From Marsupella aquatica (taxonomy: Eukaryota; Plantae; Marchantiophyta): a stretch of 64,000 nt of DNA. The notes below the pieces were generated by a model. The model was not told the origin of the DNA and made no database searches. It was given only the letters and a program-made list of their open reading frames with translations. A program made the translations under genes and the position numbers. The DNA lies in assembly GCA_973895155.1 (NCBI GenBank), contig OZ316891.1, positions 12,522,771 through 12,586,770 of the forward strand. The letters are read 5' to 3'. Position 1 is the stretch's first letter. Every line of letters starts with the position of its first letter. Positions 1 through 14,125 of this stretch are shown in pieces.

Positions 1-79
1 TTGATGTCTAAAGTACACTTATCAAGTTGCCAAAGAACAAAATGCACCTAGCCCCTACCTGCATGTCTGAATTTTATTT

Positions 80-906
80 ACGGACCCCACTAGAGGTCCC
101 TTCCAAAATTCCTGGCACCACAGCATGCCATGTCAATAACAACCGCAACAAACAAGACTCGTTGGTTTTATGAATCAAACTTATAGTTTTCATTCGTGTT
201 TGTGTCAATTTGGGTGTAAATTTTGGGATGCCGTGCAATAAACGAAAAGTAAAAACATTGGAAATGCAAAGAGCAAGACGGTTAAAACTGTCATTATGTA
301 ACCGTTTTAGTTACATTTCCAATTTTAAAACTTAAATTCAAAGATTTATAAAAAGTATTTTTCATATAATAAATAATGACTAATAACTAACTTGATAACT
401 TCCTTGTTAAACCGCAACTCCCGGTATGTAAAGACCTCTCGTATTGTACGGCCATTAATGTTGGGAAGAGCACATAGAAACCCAGGATCGGGGAGGAGGA
501 ATGGCTGGAATCTTGAAAGTTCATCGAATTTTATACTCAAAACTATTTACTCATTCTCAAAACAAAAAATACCCAGTCGTATATCTCATTGAGATCTTTC
601 TTTTGCACCCTAGATTGCCTTCTAACATGGATAAATAAGATTTCTAGAGGCAATACAAAATGGACGGCAAAGATCGTAAAATCAACAAAATCGATGGCTA
701 GGAGCTTGGATTTGTTTAATTTTTCATTTGAAAAATATTAATCCATTTGCAAAACGGACAGAACCCATCCATAGATCTATTTGAGATCTTTCTTTTGAGC
801 CATAGATTGGCCATTATGATGGACATAGGAGATTTCGGGAGTTAAGAAATGGAGACGGCTCAGATCGACTCTTCCCCCTGATCTTATTAGCCAAGGGGTC
901 CACGAA
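80..906 (+). mobile_element. Non-autonomous element family A, copy 1
   Basis: Begins ACGGACCCCACTAGAGGTCCCTTCCAAAATTCCTG and ends GGGGTCCACGAA; same ends at 30161-30871 and (reverse) 61671-62140. Confidence 0.75.
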
Positions 907-914
907 CTAATTCA

Positions 915-1290
915 TTATATTTATATATGGATAGTGCCAATATATGAAAGTGCCAAAGAACAAATTGATAGGATTCCAAAGTTCAGTAGACTCAATCAAA
1001 GAAAACACAAGAAACCAAATATATATCACACTGTCAAAAAGACACATAACGCCAAACCTGGAGACAAGATCCCAAAAGCAAAAGAACCCAATAAAGGGGG
1101 GAATATTTATTTATTTATATATGTATAGTGCCAGTATATGAAAGTGCGAAAGAACATGATCCCAAAGTCAGGAGACCCAATCAAAGGAAAACACAAGAAA
1201 CCAAATATATATCACATTGCCAAAAAGACAAGAACACCTAACACGGAGACAAGATACCAAAGACAAATAATCCAATAAAGGGGGGAAAGG
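915..1290. repeat. Imperfect ~190-bp tandem duplication
   Basis: ATAGTGCCA.TATATGAAAGTG..AAAGAAC / AAAACACAAGAAACCAAATATATATCACA / GGAGACAAGAT.CC / CCAATAAAGGGGGG each occur twice. Confidence 0.8.
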
Positions 1291-2845
1291 GAAAGACCCC
1301 AAGTCCCAAGAAGACCAAAGAGGCACAACAAGTCAAGGAGTATCCCACATAAACAAAAACAAAACAAAGAAGCAAACTAAAAACGGAAAGAACTCTAGAG
1401 TAAACTGAAAAGACAGGAATAACTCTAGAGTAAACCACATAGATAGGAGGATAGGGAGGGGAATTTGTCTAGAGACGCTAAAACCAGGGAGGGGAATTTG
1501 TCTAGAGATCTAAAACCGACCGACCGGACCAACCGCCTCGGCTCCACGGAGAAACCAAGGAGTGTGAATTCATGCAATCTTGGCAAATGGGGAACGAGTT
1601 GATCGAATCTGGGCAAAGGGGGGCATGAATTCGTGGAATCTGGCAAAGGGTGGACAAATTCGTCGAATCTGGCCATCTGGGCATGGATCTGGTATATAAT
1701 TTGTGTAGATTCCTTGGGATTCCTTAACCCAACCGTGTAGACTGGACTACTGGAGATCTCGCCGCGGAAGTCGCGGGCTCGGGATCCGGTCGTTGGTGCA
1801 GTTGACATGATTATTACGATAGTAATATTGATTTTATGGGGAGAGGCCCTGAATCCCGATTCTCCCGAATGAGGAGCGACTGGCTCGACGTCAAGCTTGT
1901 GGAGGAGGAACGCAAGAATTTTCTTAATTATCGGCTTTCCTTCGGCCGTATTCCAGCAATGAACAACACTTAGGCGTCAGCATTGACGGTCTGCTCGAGG
2001 ACTCCTGTTTTAGTTGAATTTCCCTCGGGCGCACCGCAATCCCTTATCCATTGCTCTCAAATCTCAGATAGCATCGAAGGACGAGGCTACAACGCGCGTA
2101 CGAGGAAACATCCAACCCACAGCAGTTGTTGGTCAAATTGCTGTAGCTTAGTAGGGTTCTCTGTCCGTCCCAATTTTCTACTGTTGCAGCTCTTTGGTGC
2201 CCTGTTGTTCGTCAACGGGCTATTTGAATTCGGTATCGGAAGTACGGGCAATTATCTTTATCATACTGGAGAGAGCCCTTCGCTAATCAGTTACTCTTAA
2301 CCTCTATGACCTTGAAATCTGTATAGTGGATGGGATTTTCCAAGAATCTCTGAAATGCAATCTGCATCAGTCACTTAAAGAGGATGAACAATGCCTCCGA
2401 GCAAGAAAGATGTTTGAGAAAAAGAATATCGCAATGAGACGGTTTGCACCAGTCAAATGAACAATCCGTCCGACCAAGAGAGACGTTAGAGAAAAAGAAT
2501 CTCGCGATGAGACGGTTGCCAGTGTGAAATCTCGGATGAATGCCCACACGCAGTGCTGGACTTGTCGTAGAGCACCCATCCTTGTTACCCCTCCTCGGCC
2601 GCAGCGCAGAGTTTGACGATTGGGTACAGGGTAACATGTTACACTCTGTAGACAAGGTCATAGCTCCCTCTCCATGTATCGTCGTGCATCATGGTCTCTT
2701 GCAGTCCTGATATGGAGCTATGACGTCGCCTACAGAATTTAATTTTCTCAGAGAAGCGATATTCGAAAACAATGCTGTGCCGACTATCAACTCAACAGCG
2801 TAGTAAGACAGTGAACAGGGCATCATAAGGGCCACGGCGAAAAGT

Positions 2846-5800
2846 ATGGGAAACTGCCGAGTAAAGGTGCATTTGAGATTAAGGCCCTCGACCAGGCCAT
2901 CGACGTTCATACACGTTGACAATTTGACCTCTACAGTGCGCATTGATGTCCACAAGATTCATGGAGGTGGTCCACCTCGGCCCTTCATAGAGCAAATGGT
3001 TTTTCCTTTGGACAGCATAATTCAAGTAAGCAAACTTAACTACTCATGCTGCCGAGTAAGGAATCTCCATTAAATATTTCCCCCTGGAAAGTTAGTGTAG
3101 AATACGGCACGAAGATCTAGCCCTAAATTGCGTTGCTTCAGGTGACTGACTGCTCCATCTCTCTGTGACGGTACTCGTGGTTTCTGTTACTGTAGAGTTC
3201 TTCTCAGGAGCTTGTGTTCGAGCAGTGTGCAAGGCAGGTGGTGGAAGATGTCCTCTTGGGTTACAATGGGACAATATTGGCGTATGGGCAAACTGGGGCA
3301 GGCAAGACGTTTACGATGACGGGCGATACGAAGGTCCAATACAAGCCCAATTGACTTTTCCCGAATTTTTTATGCATATCCCTCAAGAGGCGAGCGAGCT
3401 AGAAGGGTGCTAATCATGAATGCATTTCCTAGTCAATTGAAAAAATTGTTTTGTGAGAGGAGACACTTCAGTCTTGGGTATTGATGCTTTCCTACAGGCT
3501 TATGTCCATAGAGGAGTTGTCCCCAGAGCGGTTGAACGTATTTTTGCAGAGAAGGTCGCCAAGCCCGAGGCAGGGATTGTGGTTCATGTCTCATATTTGG
3601 AAGTTTACAACGAGGTGGGCATTCACTGCCATGGTTATAAAATTTGCAGTTGTGCCTGCCTAGTCGCTGTCTGCAACAGCATTCTTCCATGGATAACTTA
3701 GCGCGGTTACCTTTTTTGAGTCTGCACATTTGCCCCCCACCCCCGCCCCCCGCTCTTCCTCCAACTGGTGAGTACCTACATGGGCGCAGATTGATGGATT
3801 GCCGTTCTCCTTTTGTTCCAGAAGATATTTGAAATCATGCTGGAATCTCCAGTTACCGTAGCAATTTGATGTTTCGGCTTACTAACTGTTCAATGCCTTT
3901 CGTAATAGAGTCTTTACTTGTGACAGGGCGTTTTCGACCTGCTACCTCAGAAAAGAATTGGATCAGCAGTAAACCTCGTTGCTATGGAGGAAGATGGAAT
4001 CACAGAAATCAAGGGGCTGAACAGAATGCACTGCAATACTGAAGAAGAAGCGATGAAGTATTTTTTCGAGGGCGAGCGTCATAGGTCGATTGCTCCTCAT
4101 GCTCTGAATCAGGTTCGTTCACTCTGACTCACGATGTCCTGACAATGCGTTGGAAAGGAAGGGCGCCTCATAAATAACTATCTCTCCGTTGCAGCATCTG
4201 ATCTTTCGTAGCTGTTCTACTGTGGTTGGACAGTTATAACTACATTCAGAAACGAACGTTAGTATTGACTTTTGAAGGACTTTAAAATAATCTGTTAAAT
4301 ATAGTCAATTAGCTTGTTGGCAACTGCTCTTAAATGATAGTACTTGCCAGAGAGCCTATTTGAACGAATGACTCGTTTCTTCTGACATTCAAACTACGAG
4401 GTTTAATCAGGTTCCCTGGCAGGGAGAGTTTAAACTGCTGGGTTAGTGCTCGTGAACGAAATCTCTGTAAGGATCTTCTCAAAGTGAGCACATTGTATGT
4501 CGATATTTGTTGAACAGAAGCAAGTGGATTGTTTGTTCGTAGATGTCAAGCAGATCACATTGTATTTTCACAATGTATATTGAGCGACACTCAGGACTAA
4601 GAACACTGCAAGAAGTTACAAGTTCAAAGCTCAACCTCGTGGATTTAGCTGGTTCAGAACGGCTGAAGAGGACTGATGTAGCTGGGCAGACAAAGAAAGA
4701 GGCAATGAATATCAACAAGAGTTTAACTCACCTGGAGCAGGTCTGTCACCTTTTTTGTATCAATGATCATACGACTGACAACGGACTGACCCTTCCATTA
4801 TCGCACTGCTTCGACGTCAACCCTCAGAAACCCTCCCACTCTCCATCACCAATCTCCCACTCTCCATCACCAATCTCCCACTCTCCATCACCAATCTAGT
4901 GCTTATAACCTGCTGTGCAAGTTTTGAAAAATGTGAAAGAACTAGGGAAGAAATTGCTGGGAATGTGACCTGATAAGAAGCACAGGGTCAAATAGTATGA
5001 TGACGAACTGCTCGCTAGTGAAGTCTGGTTACTACTTTCCATGAACGTGTCATTTTACTGTAGCAAATGACAGACTTTAATCCCATCCAATTTGTCAAGG
5101 CGCTTATTTCTTTGATTGTAGCTTGGCAGGCTGTAGTTGCGCTCAGGCAAGGGTGTGGACATGTTCCTTTCCGGCAAAGTCGATTAACAACACTGTTAAA
5201 GGATGCCCTCGGTGGCAATTGCAAAACTGTGCTGATTGTTTGTGCCTGGTTTGAAGATTTTTTCCTGGATGAAACGGTATTTTCCATTGCCGTATATGGT
5301 ATAATAGCCGTGATATCATTCGACTCTTATTGTTTCACATAATAGAAGCATGTATACTGTCAGCAACATGAATTCTGTATTATTATTTCATTGTATCGTT
5401 GAAGTAGCCAGCCAAGTTCACATCAAGGTTCACATGTTACCCCCTTACCAATTAGTAACGTCACTGCAAGAGATATTCAAACCTCTTACAAGAGTGTGTG
5501 ATAGCATGAACGAGAATGAGAAGGAACTTCAGTAACTTAAAAAGAATTGTCGTTGACGGCTTTACTCATAGAAAAATGGTAAAGGTATGATTGGCCTACA
5601 ATATTCTGTAGCTCTTGGTTTTTGGTTCAGAGAATGCTTACGAGAAATTTTAAAGTTGTATCAGCCTGGATGAACTTTGTTGAACTATGAATTTGGAATC
5701 GATAAGCTGCGAGATTCCACGAATTCCCTGAAATTGCTGAGGATGAAGGGTGGGTGACATTCGTTTAAAAAATTGTGTGAAACAAAGTCGGACGTGGCAC

Positions 5801-8800
5801 CATTTCACCATGGACGTGGATTTTAAACTAGTCAAGGTCCATTGATATAGAACACCTAACCAGAACCTCATCTTGTACAGATCAGTACATTGCGATTTGC
5901 TCAGCGTGTAAAGCACCTGAAGACAAGTGCAATAATCAATAAAAAGGCTGACGCAGCAAATAACCAGCGGTCAATAGCCAACCTGCAGCATACAAGCCAT
6001 GCTCAACATCACATATGATATGCACTATAGTGCATTGTCCACTTGTTCAGCAGGCGGAGTTTTTGTATTTTAACCATAAAACCTTGCAATATGCTCACTA
6101 GACTCTTCTGAGTAGGCTTGGCAGCTAGCTATTACTGTGTTCGTTCGACCATGCTTGTGTCGTTTTTGAGCAAAGTGTCTATCAAATGTCTGTTTACCTG
6201 ATTTGTCTTTCAGGTCTTGCTTCTGCAGAACAGTTAGGGCAGACTAGATCTTAGAGTGCACATGTAGCTTGTCAATGCATTGCTGATTTTGTAAATGAAG
6301 ACATGTTTGTGTTTAATGAATGGTTTACATACAGAGAAAGCGTTAGTCATCCAATCACCCCATGACTGATGCCATTAGTTGGCAGGAAGTACGTACGAGA
6401 GATTGCTGAACTTAAACAAGAATTGGCTCTGCGAGATGCCCTTAATGGACGGCAAAATATTTCATATGATGAATTGACGTAAGTTTGTGGGCCTGCCATT
6501 TTTCTGTCACATCCTGGGAATCCAGGTTCTAAAGACCCTTTTGCTTCTTAGAATAGCCTCTAAGACCACTCAGTGAAATATTCCATTTTAGGTAAATTCA
6601 GAGCAGTTCTCAAATGCTTATAGATTTGATGGTTACGTCGCGTTGTCTCAGGGAAGAAAGTAGAGGAGAGCTTCGGGAGAGGATTCAGGCTTTTCTTGCC
6701 GAGGAAGCGGGGATAGACTCTATTCCCATTGAAAACTTTAGGCAGGTAGGTATACGTTTCATTGCCTCTAGGAACATATTAACAATCTGGGACTCGTAGT
6801 CTTGGCTCGCCAAACTGTTACAAACTGATCAGTGAGCTCAGTTAATAATCTTACCTAGGTAAGAAACACTTTACCCAGCATCGTCGAATCTAAAATAAAT
6901 CCAACCTTTGTGCAGGATCCGTAAGCATTTTCAGCGGCGGAAGAGGCAGAGTATTACTGTGATCTAAACTTTGTGTGATGTTTACAGGTTAAAGAATTGT
7001 TTTGCCTTTTCAAAGAGGCCCAAGTTTCACTTCGTGGGGAGGTGAGAAGGTCTCTCTAAGTCCATCAATGGCACGGGTGGTTGTTAGCTCAATTTAGTTC
7101 CTGTCCAACGTCTGTAGGTCAGAAGTCTGATGTGCTATTTCTGAGGTTGGATTGGGTTCTAACAACTCAACTTAATGGACTCTAAAACAGTTGGAGAAGT
7201 TGTTGAGGGATTACTGTGGTAGTCCGGAAACATACCTGAATCATCCTGTCGGTGATGTGGATATTGAACCTGGTTCTGTTGAAGCAGATGATGAAGAATG
7301 TGTTGGGGTGCTAGGAGATGAGGTTGGCTGCAACAGCGACCCTGTTCCTTTCCTGTGAAATTATTTGTTATGTTTGAAACATTTATGACGAGGATTTAAG
7401 GCATCTTCTGTATTAAATTTCAAAAGACAACAGCTTTCGGCCTAGCTCATTTTTTGCAAGTTGCTTTCTGATTTGAACGTTGTAATCTCTTCTGATGATG
7501 CACGGTTTGGGGTCAGGGTTTCCATGTCGGACCTGTTGCGCCTCATAATGCGAGACCAGACCATCCTGATAGCCCACATGCAGTGATTCGGACAAGTTGT
7601 AGTCCAGGGATAAAGTATGGAGAAGATCGTTTACTGGATTACAAGGAGCCTCCACCTTCGCAGGATCCACCCCTTCTCCTCTGGGACTTGCCCCAAGAGT
7701 CCAGGAATGAGGTTTAGCTCGTATATGTCGAGGTCACAGCTAAAGACCAGAATTTATTAAATGTCATTCATTACAGAAGTTGTCATTATACGAATTCTTA
7801 TTCCTTCCATCTACATAGAGGAATTTACACACTCAGTCTTTTACATATGGTGTGATCCAATGCTACTTTGAATCTGCACCCCTGAATCATCTGACTCACT
7901 TTTGTATACTGAAATATCAGGCATTTTTGGAGTATAAGCATGGCACTGAAGAAGGGTCTCAACACGATTTCTATTTAAGAGGCAAAACCGATGAGCTCAG
8001 GTGTGGCTGTTCATGACTAAATTGCCCATTGCGACTGCAGTAACCCAATTTTTTTTTCTTTCTTAGCAAGCTTGGTCATTGCACCTACAGCAGTGAGACA
8101 ATCCTGAGAGCGATCCTTTAGTGAGACTACCTATTTCGGAAGCGCTTGGTTTTGCTGGTGGTGGGCGCCTCGGAAAGGCTCTCGAGTATGCTGATGGTGA
8201 CGTAGAAAAGACAGTCAAGGAACAAGGGAGGGACGACAACAACTGACTCTAATTTTGACAAAAGCAGAATCGCCCTGAACAATTGAAGCCGTCATATTAA
8301 AATCCAAGAAATGCATGCAGAATGAAGAAGGAAACTGCTCGTGATCTATGTACAGCCGTCAACAATGCTAAAGCTGAAATAGAGGATATAAAGGTTGGAG
8401 GGCTATTTCATAAAATGTCTGCGTTATTACAAAACTTGTTTTTCTTGGGAATGAACTTGCATTATATCTCTGCCGTTGGAGGCGTAGAGTCCTGTCCCTT
8501 TTAATCTTAGCGTGGTAGATTTCTGTCCGTAGGTTTTGAAATCCATCTTCCTATTAGTTACAGCTAATTGTAAACGTCTTCGTGAGGATCCTCGATTCCT
8601 TTTGACAACCCACTGGAAGATGCCTACAGAGGATGCTCGTGACCGAAGTTAAAGAAGGTCATATGGAGTTTGGCAAAGATCAAAATGAAAAGAAATTTCA
8701 AGTTCTCCATAGGTACAGCTATTAGAGATCTCTTTACCGGTCCAGGAGGACCTATACTTCACAGAATGAGAATGTACCGCATTAGGAATGTGTATTTCCA

Positions 8801-9505
8801 TTGCAGTGAAGGTTTTGTAATGCCCCTACCAACTGATAAGCGGCTGTCGGCCCTTTCATATTCCCTTAAGGATTTGAAAGGCCTTCTGCACTGATGCACA
8901 TGACATGCCGTGAATGATTAGTGATTCTAGTCCTTACCGCAACTAGAGTAGGTAACTAGCACAGCACAATTGAACAAGTTTTAAAAGGAGACTTGCTAGG
9001 TCATGTGATCCATACTTTTTGCAGTTCATATGCACCATGCGCGCCCATCTAGAGATGCCTTTGTTGAACCAGTGGGGGATGGAACTATGGGTAGAGCTGA
9101 AGCTGTTAATACTACAGGTTCAAAGTGGTAAGGTCAGCGTATAAGAAGGCCTTTGATGAGCTGAAGGAAGTGAAGAGAGACGTGGAATTTCTACAGCAGG
9201 AGGTGATGACCTCAACTCTTGATTTGATCAGCTTCTTGATTTTCTGGAGTAAAGTTTCTAAGCTAGGAAAGCACTGCCAGCTGAAAGCGCTTATGCACCC
9301 AGACACACAGTGAAAATGGTTTGTGAGGTAGGACGAGAAGAGAGCAGCATCATTCTGAAATTCAGTTGACCTGATGTAGGTAAGAGATTGCAAGCAAACG
9401 ATGGTGGAGTCATTTTACAGATGGTTTGAAACCGTGCATGCGTTTAAGGGTGACAATCAGCAGCAAATGAGGGGATGGAATCTCCCAGTCGAATCTTCTC
9501 GCTAA
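2846..9505 (+). CDS. KIF9: Kinesin-9 family motor (KIF9/KLP1-like), multi-exon
   Basis: Phase-compatible GT-AG exons: 2846-3025 ([14 protein letters not shown]), 3196-3333 ([18 protein letters not shown]-loop), 3498-3614 (VSYLEVYNE), 3927-4112, 4543-4740 ([14 protein letters not shown]), 5130-5276 ([20 protein letters not shown]), 5881-5969 (STLRFAQR). Tail exons near 6386, 6651, 6988, 7191, 7518, 7921, 8322, 9118 and 9380-9505 (TAA). 'NKSLTHLEQ' and '[20 protein letters not shown]' resemble KIF9. One tail exon between 8393 and 9118 is unresolved. Confidence 0.9.
4833..4897. repeat. 21-bp minisatellite x3 in a kinesin intron
   Basis: CTCCCACTCTCCATCACCAAT x3. Confidence 0.95.
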
Positions 9506-10559
9506 TTGGATGAGACATATCAACGACATCGAATGCAGTGGTAAGATCGACGACCTCCCTCCCATGGAATCAGACTTTCAAACGGGATCGAAGTCATCAA
9601 TGGGCTTCGTCCGACCAACTGTAAGGAAACCCATCATTGAGAGCCAATCCATCAATGGATGTCCACCGTCTTTTTAAAGAGGTTCCTCCGTAAAGGGGAA
9701 ACATCATCTAGATTTTGATAATCACTTGGCAACATGTAGACTACTCGTCCACATCAGTTCATGGAGAGTGTGCCATACACTAGCAATGTGTTGACAAGCA
9801 TTCGGGAGTTCCTGGTTGTTAAGTTGATAGGATTTAGCGTGAAATGTGAAGTGTGTTTACCGTAAAGTGCAGCTGCTTCGAGATTCCATAGCCCCATTCT
9901 CAGCTCAACAGCTCATGAACAACCAGAAATCCTCTCGAGGAGGGTTTAGGGTTTAGGCCAACCAATAACTCTCGTTCGGGAACATCTCAGTTACCCATCG
10001 ACCGCTGTACTTCGTTACAAGTAGGTAGGTTAAGAGAATGCTGTCAGTATACACTTTCAGGCAACTAGAATAAATCCTCCCTTGGAGTAGTATAAAGGGT
10101 TCCAACTTACAGTAAAATGTCCCGCTTGCAGGATAGAACTTCAAATTGTGCCAAAAGTGAGCTAAAGTAGAAGCAGACTTTCTTGAGCCTGATTTGATCC
10201 CTTGCCCTACAAGATGTGGTCACTGAAAGGCTTCCTCAAAACATCGTGATTTTACGGGCCAAGGTTGGGTACAGTTCTTCAGGAAAAGCTAAGGATTTGA
10301 GAAATCTCCTGTCCCGAGGAACTCTGGAATTTTAGCGTATCTATACTTGTGTGGACGTTGAATCTCTGTTCCGATCCTCTGAAAGTGTATCTTCGGATTG
10401 CTAGACAGTAGTGTGGTGATGTAGTACATAACATTGTTAAGGGCCTCCCCATCCCCATTAATAGGAATTTGGCTGTTCATATGTTGAGAGACCTAGGGAA
10501 GAACCTTAAGGGTCTCCCTATCTGGAGACTCTCACATCTGCATTTTTGGGCCTTATAGA

Positions 10560-10990
10560 CCCTAAAACTCAATTCAATGTTTTTTTTAAATAAATTATTT
10601 ATCCCTATTCATTTAAAGATTCTTGGAATACTTCTAAATTTAGTTTTTAAAACCCTCTCTTTTGTTGTAAGTCTCAAAATTGTATTTCAATGACCTTAAT
10701 GTTCTTATACATAAATTTCAAGTCTTCCTTAAGACTTGTCTAATAAACCTACTCTATGCTTTGTTGCAAGTGATGAATCATGTTTGTGGAAGTGAAACCC
10801 CTGAGTGGGAGACCCTTCCCAATAATGCAAGGGACCATATTTTGATGGGATAAGTTAGGGGAATTGTAATTTGATTGGGCGAAAGGCTTTTAAAATTTTG
10901 TGTTGAAGAACCTAGGGCATTTCAATCCAATTTTGAGAATTACAAGAGTTATAGGGGTGTTGATACCAAATTTGGGGGTAGACAACTAGT
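10560..10990. mobile_element. AT-rich foldback/MITE-like element; a partial relative at ~40790-40965
   Basis: 10665-10730 is an imperfect inverted repeat of 10885-10945; 40810-40965 reverse complement matches 10560-10730 (CTCAAAATTG.ATTT.AATGACC.TAA.GTTCTT). Confidence 0.5.
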
Positions 10991-11189
10991 AAAACAAAAC
11001 TCATTTTCTTAAATTTAAGGTTGATTATTACGCAAACACCTTTCCATGTGATATAAGACCTCCTTTGAGTGAGGTCCTTGAGCCAACTGAAATGACGTCA
11101 ATTCTGCAATGAAACATGAGTGCATAGACACCCTAACCATAATAACAACACTTCCTTGGCAGGCTTGCAATTGTTTTTGCCTCACCTTC

Positions 11190-11735
11190 ATATGTTTGCA
11201 CAGCTTGGATTTACTAGATTGCCACTTTGGCATAATACGTACCTTGCCATTCAATCTTTCTTTTTATGACAATGCCACTGTTTCTGTTCATGGGTTACGA
11301 ACACTAACCTGGGTTAGCTCCTTCCGGGGCTCCTTCACATCCAATGGATGTAGTCACACTCAGTTTTGCAATCAGACGGGGTGTTGGTGTCTCTTATAGT
11401 GACTCTGACCATCCTCAGGAGGATAGAGGCTCAGGCTATGCGCAGAGATAGGCTGGCCCTGGACAGAGGCCGTGTGTAGGATGGAAGGACGAGACCACCC
11501 GACCCACCCGTTGGTCAACTTACCCAAGGCTGGTCAAGGTCACCTTCAATAGAGGCCCAGGCAGTCCGATCATGAAACGGGGTGTGATGTGAAGGAGCTA
11601 ACCCGGGTTTGTTTTCTTAACCATCAAACAAAAACAGTGGCATTGTGATAAACAAGAAAAATTCAGTGACAAGGAACATATCATTCCAAAAAAGAGGGGC
11701 AATCTAGCAAATCTCAGTTTTGCACAATTCACATG
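11190..11735. mobile_element. Long-TIR MITE (Mutator-like), family B copy 1
   Basis: ~150-bp degenerate TIRs (CTAGATTGCC..ACAATGCCACTGTTT..GGGTTAGCTCCTTC versus GAAGGAGCTAACCC..AAACAGTGGCATTGT..GGCAATCTAG); no clear TSD. Confidence 0.65.
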
Positions 11736-12454
11736 TATTGGGCCTTTGCGAACATAATAGTAGTGTGTATCATTTGGTTGGTTGCCCCCAAGATCTAGGG
11801 CTTGGTAATTTCCATGTTAACCACCTATAGCCTGAGGGGAATTGGTGGTCACACCGTGCAACTCCTGACTAGGTGGGGGTTGAAAGACATATTAAACAAT
11901 TGGTGACTTTTGGGTTCTTGGATATTGATTTTTACCTTGTACCCGTTAAGTAGACTTTGGGATATTAAATTGGGGTGAGTACAACAGTCTGACATTGGGG
12001 CCACCCTGGACACACTCATTTGTAACATCTGACAAAATTTCAGTATCTCACTTGAATTTTATAACAGTGAACCCACTGCAGGCCAGTGCTGGTTGTGAGT
12101 GTATGTGACACATAGTACTGGGGAAAAGTCGACGACTTTTTATAAAAGTATTCATCTTTCAGCATACAGTTGGTCTGGTCCATTCTTGCATAGTGCTTGT
12201 TGGATTGGCATGGCGAGCTTAGTTTAAGTTTGGATTTTTACTGTACACGAATAGGTGTTCCCCTTGAAACTCAATTACACCCGGTTATGCCCTAGTACTG
12301 GCAACTACTGTGTGATCCACACAACTACTGTAGTTAAGACAGCATGCATGTGAGCAACAAATGATCTATATCTGGGGTTCTGTCTTAGGGAGCTGCATGA
12401 TTGCTCACATCAATAGCTTCAATGCACTGAGCACAATTTAATAGATGCATGCCA

Positions 12455-12955
12455 ACTTAGATATGGGATGTACTACATTGCCATTCTTTTTTGGCAACAT
12501 ACCTTGATTTTAATCTATATATCATAATGCCACTATCGTCGTTTGCAAGTTAAGAAAATTAACTTGTGAGTTCACATTCAATGGGTTGTCATTGGACCCA
12601 GTCTTCCAATCAGATGGCTTGAGTCTCCCTCAAGGCGACTTTGACCACCCTCAACAGGACAGAGGCAGAGAGGCTGTGTGTATGATGGGAGGATGGGACC
12701 ACCTGACCCACCCCTCTGTCAAATGACCCAAGGGTGATCAAAGTCACCTTGAGAGAGACCTGGGCCGTCCAATGTCAAAAGTAGGTGCCATGATAGCCAC
12801 TGGATGTGAAGAGTTAACCTGGGTTTAATTTTCTCAACCCACCAACAGAAACAGTGGCATAGTGGTAAACAGCAAAAACTCAGCCGCAAAGAGCTTATTA
12901 TGCAAAAAAAAGAGGACAAATCTAGAAAATTCCAGAACTACTTTATTGCACAAAT
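12455..12955. mobile_element. Long-TIR MITE family B, copy 2 (diverged)
   Basis: 12668-12935 aligns with 11466-11712 (GACCACC.GACCCACCC, GTCACCTT, GATGTGAAG, AACAGTGGCAT); degenerate left TIR at ~12460-12580. Confidence 0.6.
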
Positions 12956-14125
12956 TTTCAAAAGGAACCTTGTCTTGTTGAGAAATCACACCACTCAAAA
13001 CTCAAGTAATTGTCCCTCATTTAACAATCCTCATTCACTAAGGATTCATCGCACAAAACTCCTTGCAAATTCCAAATTCCTGAAATGACCTTATTGGACA
13101 AAGAGAATGTACTTCCAGGCTAAACATGGCACCACAATAAATGCAAGATCATAATGATGTCACCCAGAAGCTGTGTTGGCAACATATGGAGCTAGCATCT
13201 ACTGTAGCGAGCAGTGAGAACCTGCAGGCTTTGTTTGCAAATAATAAATAAGAGCAAAGTCCATGTGCACGCTTCTGAGTTCACGACGACACTCGATGAT
13301 ATACATGCGCTTTCCAAGCTTTCCAAACCCAGGATTTCTGCCTCTCAAAAATGATTGTACTCGGCAATGGTGGGATGTGTGTGACTTCTTCAGGCTTTAA
13401 CCTTTGTAGCGAATGGTTTGGTGCGCACAATCGATATCGAATCAATGAATCATGTTCCTACTACTGCTTTTTCCAAGATGTACTCAACCTCTTCAAACGT
13501 GACACCTGTTCCATTGAAATCAATACCTTTTCCAAATACAGGTGACCTTCTAGGTAGGTACGCATCTGAGTCATGGTTTGGTGGATGAAAATAACTAAAT
13601 AAGGTTCTCATCAATTCAAGATATATAATATATCCCCAATACCAGTCTCATCGGGGGGGACTGACGAAGGGTAGACTGGATTATAATTAATACTCTATCC
13701 AGCCCAAAAGGTGGTTAAGTGGTTTGCAAACTCAAAAAAAAATAGTAACAATCCTGATCCTTTGTCAAGAACTCAAGATAATTGTTTTACACCGTTAGAT
13801 TTATTCCATATACCCCATCTAAGATATATGCATGCCCAAGCTACCTCCAACCTGACCGAACCTGCCCAAGATAAAAAAATTTAATTAAATATATTTAACA
13901 AAGAATACTATATATTCTTCAAAGACAGCATGGAATCTTGTGCAAAAGTGTGATACAGACACCAAGAATACTATATATTCGTCACACACAATATAGAATC
14001 TTGTGGCCGAAAGATTTGGAGCGATTTTGGTGCCCCACCACAAACTGAAGTTTCCGTTCAGCCAATTAGTGGAGTGTATTTTCAAGGCGACACAAAAAGT
14101 CGACACGCCCACGCCCTTGGTGTAT

